Shown here: positions 37,956-46,600 of the stretch, in pieces
Numbering within the stretch: position 1 is the first letter of the stretch
Layout: each line of letters starts with the position of its first letter
Origin: Magnetococcales bacterium
GTDB taxonomy: Bacteria; Pseudomonadota; Magnetococcia; Magnetococcales; JADGBX01
Assembly: GCA_015231265.1 (NCBI GenBank)
Contig: JADGBX010000003.1
Location: 2,829 to 66,828 of the forward strand
Direction of reading: 5' to 3'
Length of the DNA stretch: 64,000 nucleotides
Made by a program: the position numbers and the translations under genes
The notes under the pieces: generated by a model
The model's database searches: none
Seen by the model: only the letters and a program-made list of their open reading frames with translations
What the model was told of the DNA's origin: nothing

Positions 37956-38483
37956 ATGTCTCATATAAAGTGCTTCAGTCACTCTCTCGGAGTGCTCACT
38001 ATTGCCCTCTTTGTTCACATTCTCATGCTTCTTCCCATTCAGTCGCTGGAAGCGGCCAATATCGGGGAACGATTCGGGGATTGGATGCATGAGTGTGAGG
38101 CGGTTGCTCCAAACAAGACCAACTGTTTCATCTCCCAGACACAGGTGATGAAGGAGAGTGGAAAGCTGGTTGTGTCAATCGTCATGGGCAAGTTGGGGGC
38201 AGATCGACAACCAGGCATTCTCGTGACCGTACCGATCAGCATTTTTCTCCCCTCGGGTGTTGTTGCTAAGATTGACGAAGGCAAACAGTTCGACCTGTTG
38301 CTTCAGAAGTGCTTCCCGGCAGGCTGTCGAGCTACCGCCGCGCTTACAACTGCCCAGCTTAGGGCATTGAAATCCGGCAATAAGATATTCATTGCCTACA
38401 AGAATACCCCCCGTGCCGAGCCCATTGTTCTTCCAGTTTCTCTAAAAGGGGTCACCGCGGGGTTTGCAGCTATCGGAATGTGA
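37956..38483 (+). CDS. Invasion-associated locus B (IalB)-like periplasmic protein
   Basis: 175 aa with a signal peptide. W..C......C and C.P.GC cysteine spacing (FGDWMHECEAV..NCFISQ, LLQKCFPAGCRA) is typical of IalB-family proteins. The stop TGA is the first 3 nt of an IS3-type inverted repeat. Confidence 0.6.
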   Translation: MSHIKCFSHSLGVLTIALFVHILMLLPIQSLEAANIGERFGDWMHECEAVAPNKTNCFISQTQVMKESGKLVVSIVMGKLGADRQPGILVTVPISIFLPSGVVAKIDEGKQFDLLLQKCFPAGCRATAALTTAQLRALKSGNKIFIAYKNTPRAEPIVLPVSLKGVTAGFAAIGM

Positions 38484-39010
38484 GGTGGTTCCACACTATC
38501 GGAACACTGAAAACCGAACTGAGTGGTGATTGAGGTGGGTACACTTTTCCGGACACCAATTTTCAGGGAAAATGAGACTTCCCTGAAAGAGAGGTGTCTT
38601 GATGAGCAAACGTCGTTTGAACAGGTATTCCCAGGCGTTCAAAGATTGGGCTGTTGAGCTGCTTGAAAGTTCGGATCTTTCGGTTGCTGAGGTTGCCAGA
38701 CAACTGGATATCAGCCCGAAGAATCCCTACAACTGGCGCTCCAAAACCAGCGCAGACAGATCCGGGAACAAGAGTGCAGAGCAGAAGGATTTGCTGAGTG
38801 AGAACATCCAACTCCGCAAAGAGCTTGTACGACTCCAGGAAGAGCAACTCATCTAAAAAAAGCGTGTGCGTACTTCGCCAGAGACGTCCGGTGAGGTACG
38901 CCTTTGTTCAGAGGCAGAAGCGTGATCACTCCGTTGAAATGCTCTGCCGCATGTTGGACATCTCTAATAAGTGGATACTACGAGTGGATGGCCGGTCATG
39001 GCCGCCGTTG
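38481..39010 (+). mobile_element. Truncated IS3-family element: two tandem left-IR-like sequences, orfA, A7G slippery site, decayed 5-prime part of orfB
   Basis: tgaggtggttccacactatcggaacac (38481-) and tgaggtgggtacacttttccggacacc (38531-) both look like IS3/IS911-type IRL. orfA is at 38599..38856. taaaaaaag lies at 38855-38863. Downstream frames read KKACAYFARDV, VRYAFVQRQKRDHSVEMLCRML and SGYYEWMAG (orfB N-terminus with frameshifts). There is no DDE core and no right end. Confidence 0.7.
38599..38856 (+). CDS. IS3-family transposase OrfA (HTH)
   Basis: 85 aa. RYSQAFKDWAVELLESSDLSVAEVARQLDISPKNPYNWRSK plus a leucine-zipper-like tail ENIQLRKELVRLQEE. Confidence 0.75.
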   Translation: MMSKRRLNRYSQAFKDWAVELLESSDLSVAEVARQLDISPKNPYNWRSKTSADRSGNKSAEQKDLLSENIQLRKELVRLQEEQLI

Positions 39011-39185
39011 CCACTGTCGAAGATGGTATTAGTGATCATCCCCCGGCTCTGCCATGTTTGCCATACTGCGGCGCCATGCCCGTTTGATGCCATAGTCACC
39101 CACATACATTTCTGCTTACCGTTGACAATCTCTCTGACCCGTGGCCAATTACCTGTGTCTAATCAAAAAGAAAGGAGTTGAACCA

Positions 39186-39473
39186 ATGAGTGTGACCAAA
39201 GCTGACATCACAGATGCCGTCTATAATCGCTTCAACTGTTCCAAAAAAGAGGCAACAGCTCTGGCCCAAGAGATGTTGGATATTATCTCCTCAGCCCTTG
39301 AAAAGGGTGAAGATGTTAAGCTCAGTGGTTTTGGAAACTTTCATCTTAAAAAGAAAGCGGAACGCCCTGGGCGCAATCCTCGGACGGGCAAAGAGGTGAC
39401 AATCTCTGCCCGAACCGTGCTGACTTTCAAGCCAAGCAAGCTTCTAAAAGACCTTATAAATCAGAAACCCTGA
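39186..39473 (+). CDS. ihfA: IHF-alpha-like / HU-family DNA-bending protein
   Basis: 95 aa from the ATG at 39186, with AAAGGAG upstream. MSVTKADITDAVY...VKLSGFGNFHLKKKAERPGRNPRTGKEVTISARTVLTFKPSKLLK matches the IHF-alpha arm (GRNP.TG..I.I.AR.V.TF.P). The longer track ORF (39141) is less likely. Confidence 0.75.
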   Translation: MSVTKADITDAVYNRFNCSKKEATALAQEMLDIISSALEKGEDVKLSGFGNFHLKKKAERPGRNPRTGKEVTISARTVLTFKPSKLLKDLINQKP

Positions 39474-39493
39474 CAGGAAGTAAGGAGCATCCC

Positions 39494-39769
39494 GTGGGTA
39501 AGATTATAAGAATCGAGAATCCTTCCCAAGAAGAACTCACACGTCTTGATGTGATAAGCTGGCCAATCTGGGAGAAGGAGATCTCCACCTTTCCGTGGAC
39601 CTACGACGCGACAGAGACCTGCTACTTTCTGGAAGGCGATGTCACCGTCACCACCGACGATGGCGAGTCGGTCACCATGGGCAAAGGGGATCTGGTAACG
39701 TTTCCGGCTGGTATGTCCTGTACCTGGGATATCCGTCAGCCGGTTCGTAAGCACTACACTTTCGAATAA
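39494..39769 (+). CDS. Small cupin (DUF861/cupin_3-like)
   Basis: 91 aa. WPIWEKEISTFPWTYDATETCYFLEGDVTVTTDDGESVTMGKGDLVTFPAGMSCTWDIRQPVRKHY is the characteristic pattern. Confidence 0.7.
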   Translation: MGKIIRIENPSQEELTRLDVISWPIWEKEISTFPWTYDATETCYFLEGDVTVTTDDGESVTMGKGDLVTFPAGMSCTWDIRQPVRKHYTFE

Positions 39770-39842
39770 GTGATCTGATCAAGATTTCCCCAGCTCGGAA
39801 ATATGAGCTGTAACCCTCTACAGAATAGATTGGAGATGATCG

Positions 39843-39962
39843 ATGGCAGACATTTGGAACAGCTTCACCAGTTGGGTAACGGGTCTCCCCATGTTTCTTC
39901 AGATCGTAGTCGCTATCGTCATGGCGCTAATCATCTGGAAGATCATCAAGAAGATTTTTTAA
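39843..39962 (+). CDS. Possible 39-aa single-TM peptide (below the ORF-track length cutoff)
   Basis: My own translation: MADIWNSFTSWVTGLPMFLQIVVAIVMALIIWKIIKKIF*. It has a hydrophobic core and a basic tail. No strong Shine-Dalgarno sequence. Confidence 0.2.
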   Translation: MADIWNSFTSWVTGLPMFLQIVVAIVMALIIWKIIKKIF

Positions 39963-40101
39963 GTGTGTATGCTCTACATATTAAACCGTTTACAATAATC
40001 AGTATTCGAGTCTGGACTGCAATGTCACAACATGATCAAATAGATCCATTCATGATGTGCTGTTTGATTGTGTGGGGTGTTTGGATTGGGGGGTAGAAAC
40101 A

Positions 40102-40773
40102 ATGCAGTGTGCAGTCTGTATTGAAAAAGGCAACAATCGGTGTGATGTCTCAGGATTTGATTGCTCAAAGGGACGATTGGACACATCGTCTTATCATGTT
40201 GCCGAGAACCAACCTTTTCACCGTTTCAGCGATAAAATCAAAACAGAATCCCCTGGAATCGTTCTTTCCAGGGTTGAAGAAATCATCGCGTTTTGCCGTA
40301 AGGCTGGGTACAAAAAGATCGGCATTGCCCTCTGCATAAGATTCGGTGAGCACGGCTATCAACTCTCCCGGATCCTGAAGAGGCACGCCTTCAAGGTTGA
40401 GTCCGTCTGCTGCAAAGTCGGTGGACTACAGAAACCGGATTATGGTGTCGATGTAGCCGAGGGGGATTCCGCGACCATTTGCGCCCCTGCCGGACAGGCG
40501 GAAATATTGAATAGGGCGGGAACCGATCTAAACATCCAGATGGGTCTCTGTGTGGGCCATGACATTCTATTCACAAAATATTCTGAAGCCCCTGTCACAG
40601 TCCTTGGTGTCAAGGATCGAGCCACAGATAATAATCCTCTAACTGTTCTCGTCGATCCGAAATGGAGAACACATTTTCAGATGTCGGCTCGAGCAGATCG
40701 CATCAGTAGAAACAGGGACGAATCCAAGGAGAATTATCTCCATATGATGATCAGTGAGCGTTCAGGTGGTTAG
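40102..40773 (+). CDS. Cys-rich metal-binding protein, DUF1847-like
   Basis: 223 aa from ATG 40102. MQCAVCIEKGNNRCD..FDC at the N-terminus and GLCVGHDILF later match my recollection of DUF1847. The stop TAG (40771-40773) coincides with the degenerate left end of a MITE-like element. Confidence 0.45.
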   Translation: MQCAVCIEKGNNRCDVSGFDCSKGRLDTSSYHVAENQPFHRFSDKIKTESPGIVLSRVEEIIAFCRKAGYKKIGIALCIRFGEHGYQLSRILKRHAFKVESVCCKVGGLQKPDYGVDVAEGDSATICAPAGQAEILNRAGTDLNIQMGLCVGHDILFTKYSEAPVTVLGVKDRATDNNPLTVLVDPKWRTHFQMSARADRISRNRDESKENYLHMMISERSGG

Positions 40774-41159
40774 AGCGTGTTGACATTCAGCCCCTATCCG
40801 CGCTGGCTTGGCGCCAGCCCTTCGGGTTCGGACTGAAATAGCGTCATGCTGCGTTGTTCGTCGCTCATTGCAAGGTGAGGCGTGATCCGGTTCCTGGTTG
40901 TCGGGCAGTGCGCTGACGCTCAGCTATCACACAGCCAGGAGCACCACCGTCAGCCCGCTGATCAGTATCACTCTTCTCCAAATGCGCCGTTCTTCTCCAA
41001 GCACGACCTTCGTTATTCACGGATGGACACCCCAAATAGCATCCAAGCGATCACTTCTGTATGGAAGTGCTCCCTGCATATACGCCATTTCCTGGTTTTC
41101 TGGTGGAGCCGACGAGTATCTATAAGCACTCCATTCACCTCATTGAGGACACGCCCTAA
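40771..41159. mobile_element. Long (about 390 bp) degenerate member of the MITE family
   Basis: The left end tagagcgtgttgacattcagccc resembles ctagggcgtgtcttcaattagccc. The next roughly 90 nt (ccgcgctgg..gccagcccttcggg...gttgttcgtcgctcat) align with 11165-11250. The right end is cattgaggacacgccctaa at 41141-41159. Confidence 0.6.
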
Positions 41160-41378
41160 ATACACTGCAAGATACTTATGAAAGTGTAGTTCTTGATTTG
41201 ATTGCATGTTATTGGCATTGATGGTGCATGTGCTCTCTAAATGTTCGTCAAATAATCTCATGAAAATATTTAACGAACAAATAGGATCCTGGTGTATCCG
41301 GTGTAGAGCCTGATTTGCGTGAATGGGGGAGTTGCGGCTTCATGATGATTCGTATTGATCGCCATAGAATACATTGAA

Positions 41379-43604
41379 ATGCCTGCAAATATTACTAAAT
41401 CTCTTTGTGCGGTGGTTCTTCTGATAGGTACGCAAGGGTGCACGGTCGTACCCGTCCCCATTCCGGTGCAGGAGCGGGTCTCGACGGCGATTGCCGACCG
41501 TCATGCCATGTTCACTGCTCAGAAACCGATCGTGGCACCTTTGACGCTTTCCGAAGCCATGGCGCGCGCCATTGCGTACAATCTGGATCATCGCCTGAAA
41601 TTAATGGAGGGGGTTCTTGCCAGCAATCAGCTGACTTCAGCACGTATGGAGCTTCTCCCCCGCTTGGCCGCTTCTGCCGGCTACATCAATCGCTCGAATC
41701 TGAACGCCTCGTCGAGTCGTACCCTGCTGACTGGCCGGGACTCTTCCGAACCCTCCATCTCATCCGATCGCAGTCAGGAGACGGCCGACCTGGCCCTGAG
41801 TTGGAACATCCTGGACTTCGGTGTCAGTTACTATCAGGCCAAACAGGAGAGCGATCGGCTCCTGATCACCCGCGAACGGCGCCGCAAGGTGGTGCACAAT
41901 CTCATGAGAGAGGTGCGTTTGGCCTATTGGCAGGCTGCCAGTGCCGAGCGGGTACAGTCGCAACTGATCGTGGTTATGAAGCAGGCGGAAACGGCGCTTA
42001 AAAGCGCTCGTTTGATCGAAGAGGAGCGCCTTGGAGCCCCTTTGGCCGCCTTGCGCTACCGTCGATCCCTTCTGGAGATCATCCGGCAGTTGGAGGAGCT
42101 GAGTGCCGAGATGTCTCTGGCTCGGATCACCCTCTCCGCTTTGATCAATGTCGAGCCTGGGACGCCGTTTACTCTGGCCGGAGCGGATGAGTCTCCAACA
42201 CCGGTTATTCTCCCTGATTTGGATCTGGAACAGCTTGAAAACCTGGCACTGTCGCAACGGCCCGAGCTGCGTGAAAAGGATTATGAGGTTCGCATCAATG
42301 CCACCGAGGTCAAAAAGACACTGGTGCGCATGTTGCCCGGTTTGGAGCTGAATCTGTCCGGAAACTACGACGGCAACAGTTTTCTGGTCAATCAGGGCTG
42401 GACTCAGGCCGGTTTGCGGGTGGCGTTCAATCTCTTCAATCTCTTCACCGTGTCGGACAAGGTTGCCGTTGTCGAGACACAGGGAGTGGTAACCAGAACA
42501 CAGCGTATGGCCCTGACCATGGCGGTATTGAGTCAGGTCCATATCGCTTGGCAGCAGTATCATGCGGCGCTTCGGCAGTTTGAACATGCCGAAGAGTTGT
42601 TCGACGTGAACCGGCAGATGCTGACCCACATGATCAACCGTGGCAAGGTCGACATGCAGCACGGGTTGGAGGAGATTCGCAGTTCGGTCAATACGATCAC
42701 CGCACTTCTGCAGAGAGACCAGTCCCATGCCCGCTGTCAGGAGGCGATGGGCCGACTCATCACGGCATTGGGTGTCGACCCCCTTCCCGAAACGATTGAA
42801 TCCAACGATCTCGAAAGCCTCACCCGCATGATCGAAACGATGATGGTGCAGTGGGAAAAGGAGGGATTTGCACTACAAGAGGGAGTGGTGCTTGATACAT
42901 CTCCAACTGTTTCGAGCGCTTCGCCGGTCGTCGATCCATCGGAGTTTTTGGGGGAAGCGAAGGAGATCCAACCGGGTCTGCATGGTCAGTCGGAGACGGT
43001 TGATCTGCCGGAAGAGCCGGGTCTGCATGATCAGTCGGAGACGGTTGATCTGCCGAAAGAGGGTGTGAAAACAGATTCTGAAATAGCCTCGGATCAGCAC
43101 GAACGGTTGGAGACGTTTGACCCGTTGGAAGAGAGTGTGAAAACGGATTCTGAAAGACCCTTGGAACAGCAAGATTCCACTGAAAATGTCGCAGATGAAT
43201 CCTCTGTGGAGTGGGTAGCCGTCGATACTGCTGTTGAAGCGGTAGAAGCCGATCATCCAGTTGAAGATGTTGTTGTCGAACCTTCCGTAGCAGAGGTTGC
43301 AGTCACGTTACCGGTTGCAGAGGGTGTCGAGAATGATCCTGTAGAAGATGGCAACGGGATGAAGTCTGGTTACGTTATTCAAGCCGGTGCCTATACCCGC
43401 ATGCGTGATGCCCGGATGTGGGAGACGCGTTTGATCGACAAAGGCTATGCCCCCACGATCCACACCGTTCAAAACTCGGCTGGGGAGAGCTGGCACTTTC
43501 TCTACATCAAACGGTTCGAAGGTTTCTCGAAAGCGAGGAATTTCTTGAAGGATTTTACGAGAAAAGAGAACATGGACGCATTCATTCACCCGCTCGGTCC
43601 GTAG
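41379..43604 (+). CDS. TolC-family outer membrane factor fused to an acidic repeat linker and a C-terminal SPOR domain
   Basis: Likely lipoprotein start MPANITKSLCAVVLLIGTQGC (the track ORF starts at TTG 41355). About 470 aa are OEP-type (LTLSEAMARAIAYNLDHRLK...). An Asp/Glu-rich repeat region follows. The last roughly 75 aa, GYVIQAGAYTRMRDARMWETRLIDKGYAPTIHTV..WHFLYIKRFEGFSKARNFLKDF, look like a SPOR fold. Confidence 0.75.
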   Translation: MPANITKSLCAVVLLIGTQGCTVVPVPIPVQERVSTAIADRHAMFTAQKPIVAPLTLSEAMARAIAYNLDHRLKLMEGVLASNQLTSARMELLPRLAASAGYINRSNLNASSSRTLLTGRDSSEPSISSDRSQETADLALSWNILDFGVSYYQAKQESDRLLITRERRRKVVHNLMREVRLAYWQAASAERVQSQLIVVMKQAETALKSARLIEEERLGAPLAALRYRRSLLEIIRQLEELSAEMSLARITLSALINVEPGTPFTLAGADESPTPVILPDLDLEQLENLALSQRPELREKDYEVRINATEVKKTLVRMLPGLELNLSGNYDGNSFLVNQGWTQAGLRVAFNLFNLFTVSDKVAVVETQGVVTRTQRMALTMAVLSQVHIAWQQYHAALRQFEHAEELFDVNRQMLTHMINRGKVDMQHGLEEIRSSVNTITALLQRDQSHARCQEAMGRLITALGVDPLPETIESNDLESLTRMIETMMVQWEKEGFALQEGVVLDTSPTVSSASPVVDPSEFLGEAKEIQPGLHGQSETVDLPEEPGLHDQSETVDLPKEGVKTDSEIASDQHERLETFDPLEESVKTDSERPLEQQDSTENVADESSVEWVAVDTAVEAVEADHPVEDVVVEPSVAEVAVTLPVAEGVENDPVEDGNGMKSGYVIQAGAYTRMRDARMWETRLIDKGYAPTIHTVQNSAGESWHFLYIKRFEGFSKARNFLKDFTRKENMDAFIHPLGP
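42972..43061 (+). repeat. 45-bp in-frame tandem repeat x2 in the TolC-SPOR linker (PGLHGQSETVDLPEE)
   Basis: 42972-43016 and 43017-43061 differ at only a few positions. A second shorter repeat (gtgtgaaaacagattctgaaa) recurs about 70 nt later. Confidence 0.8.
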
Positions 43605-43647
43605 AGGCGACGCCTTCGATAGAGGCAGAATTGATCCTCTTTGTACA

Positions 43648-46600
43648 GTGTCAAGATGGGAACGGGATATGTCGGATCATAAGCGCGCATCGGACGACTA
43701 CCGATCCGGTCCCAGCCTGCGGCTGATGGCCTTGGAACCGCGTGTACTGCTGGATGGTGCTGCGCTTGTTGCCGGTGTGGAGGTGGTTGCTGAAACCGAG
43801 TGCCCGGAACGATCGCATAGCTGTGTTGTTGATTCGGATGATAGAGCGACGCAGGCGGTTCCTGGGGAGAGTGGGAACGAGGGGTATGCCGGGCCGCCAC
43901 CGGAGAATCGGGAGGTCGTGTTCATCGATGCAGGGGTTGAGGATCAGGCGACACTTCTCAAAGATGTGACGCCTCACGCCGACATCGTATTCCTTGATCC
44001 ACGTCGCGACGGTATCCGCCAAATCAGTCAAGCCCTGGCAGGTCGTACCTCCGTTGAAGCGATCCACCTGATCTCCCATGGGGGAGCGGGCTCCTTGCAA
44101 CTGGGCAGTGGTACGCTCTCTGCCGAGACGCTTGCCCAGCACACGGAATCCCTCCGAAGTTGGCGTCACGCTCTGACCGCCGATGCCGATATTCTGATCT
44201 ACGGCTGCACTGTCGCTCAGGGTGAGCGGGGTGAGCGCTTCGTGCAGGCGTTGTCACACCACACCGGAGCCGACGTCGCCGCCTCCGATGATACCACCGG
44301 CAGCCGGGAGGGTGCCGATTGGACCCTGGAGTGGCGTACCGGCACCATCGAGTCGGTGATGGCCCTGGATAGTCGTGCCATGGCCGACTACTCCCAAACC
44401 CTTGCCACCATCACCGTCACCAATACCAACGACTCCGGAAGCGGCAGCTTTCGCCAAGCCATCACCGATGCCTCCAGCGGCGATACCATCACCTTCGATG
44501 GATCTCTCTCCGGTCAGACCATCAACATGACCAGCGGTCAGTATGCGCTTACCAAGGATCTCACCATCGACGGTGATCTCAACGACGACAACACCCCGGA
44601 CATCATCCTGGATGCCAGCGCCAGTAACTCCCGCATTTTCAACAACAGTGCCACCGTCTCCATCACCGGTCTGACCCTGCAGAACGCTGATGGCAACATC
44701 GGCAGTGGCGGGGGTATCTTCAACAGCGGCACCCTGACCCTCAGTGATTCGGCCCTGAGCAACATCACCGCTGACGGAACCAGTGGCGATGGTGGGGGTA
44801 TCCTGAGCTATGGTACTCTGACCATCTCCAACACCTCCTTCACCAATACGAGTTCCCTCGATAACGGCGGTGCCATCCGGTTTTGGGCCTCCGGCAAAAC
44901 CCTGACCATTACCGACAGTACGTTCACCAGTAACAGTGCCCCCCGGGGTGGTGCGATTCTGGTGACTGACGGAAATGCCTACATCGCCAACAGCACCTTT
45001 ACCAGCAACAGTGCCTCATCGGTAGGTGGTGCCATCTACTCGCTGGCGGGTGTGACGACGGTGGTCGGCAGCACCTTCACCAGCAACACGGCTGTCCAAG
45101 GCGGTGCCTTTTACAACGCGGCAACGCTGGACATCATCGACAGCACCATAACCGGCAACAGCACGACACTGACAACCGGACAATATTTGGGGGGGGGCAT
45201 TCGTCAGAAAGGGGGGACGGTTCGAGTCTATACCAGCACCATCGACAACAACACCGCAGGGCTTGGTGGTGGTATCTATGTCGGTGGCGGCGATGTGGAA
45301 CTCTACAGAACCACGATCTCCGGCAATACCGCAGGAACGACCGGTGCCGGTATCCGACAACGCTACGCCAGTGGTGATCTGACCATCGTCAGCAGCACCA
45401 TCGCTGGAAACAATGGGGATGGGCTCGTCATTCATGGTGATGCGGATTCCACGGTCATTACCAACAGCATCTTCGCCGACAATACCGGCGTCGACATCAA
45501 TGGCAACGTCACCAACTCCAATTTCAACATCATCGAAGATGCCGGTTCGGCCACCTTTACTGCTCAGGCCAACGACATCACCGGGGCCGACCCGTCGTTG
45601 GCGGCTTTGGCGACGGTGGCTGGCTACCCGACTCAGATTCATGCCCTCAACGGTGGCAGTAACGCCCTCAACAGTGGGGTAGGGGGGGCGGATCGGGGCG
45701 TGACCGTCACCAACTCCATCCCGGTTCTGGCCAACCTGGCAGGCGACACGCTCGCCTATACCGAAGACGATGCCGCGACGGTGATCGAGCAGGGTAGCGA
45801 CGCTACCGTCACCGACAGCGACTCCGGTAATTTCAATACCGGAACGCTCACCGTATCGATCTCCGCCAACCGGGTCAGCACCGAAGATGTTTTGTCGATC
45901 AACAATCAGGGCACCGGCTCCGGTCAGATTGGCCTCTCCGGTACGACGGTGACCTATGAAGGGGCCACCATCGGTACGATGACTGGGGGGAGCGGCACCG
46001 ATGATCTGGTGGTGACCTTTTCGGAGTTTTCCACGGCGACGGCGGTGACGGCTCTGCTCAAGAATATCACCTATCAGAACAGTAACACCGGTGATCCCTC
46101 CACCAATGCTCGCACGGTGGATTTCGTCGTCACCGACGGCGATGGTGGTACATCGGCTACGTCCAGTGCAACCGTCAACATCACGGCCGTCAACGACGCC
46201 CCGACCATCAGTGCCCTCTCCGGTGACGATCTGAGTTATGAAGCCGGAGACGGCGCCAAGGTGATCGATCAGGGGGGCAATGCTTCGGTCGGTGATGTGG
46301 ACTCCACCGACTTCAATGGCGGCACGCTCACGGTCTCCATCAGCAGCAATCGGGTCTCCGGTGAGGATCAACTGGCGATACGCAATCAGGGCACCGCCGC
46401 CGGGGAGATTGGTACGACCGGTGCCAACGTCACCTATGGCGGCGTGGTGATCGGCACCTTTACCGGCGGGACGGGAACCAATGATCTGGTCATTACCTTC
46501 AACGCCGCCTCCACACCGACAGCAGCCGGAGTCCTGCTTCAGAACATCACCTACGAGGATACCAACTCCGACACACCTTCCGAGAACACCCGCACCATCC

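Noticed and set aside
39803-40096. 97-aa ORF between the cupin and DUF1847-like genes
   Set aside because: Its translation is His/Arg/Ser-rich with no features. A different frame in the same DNA gives a more plausible, though still weak, 39-aa TM peptide.
33247-42728. More antisense ORFs (33247..34056 -, 36067..36750 -, 37120..37749 -, 41760..42728 -). The same applies to 22797..23594 -, 52181..52900 -, 52916..53431 - and 59231..60232 -
   Set aside because: Same reasoning: each is opposite a well-supported gene and has no start context or motifs.
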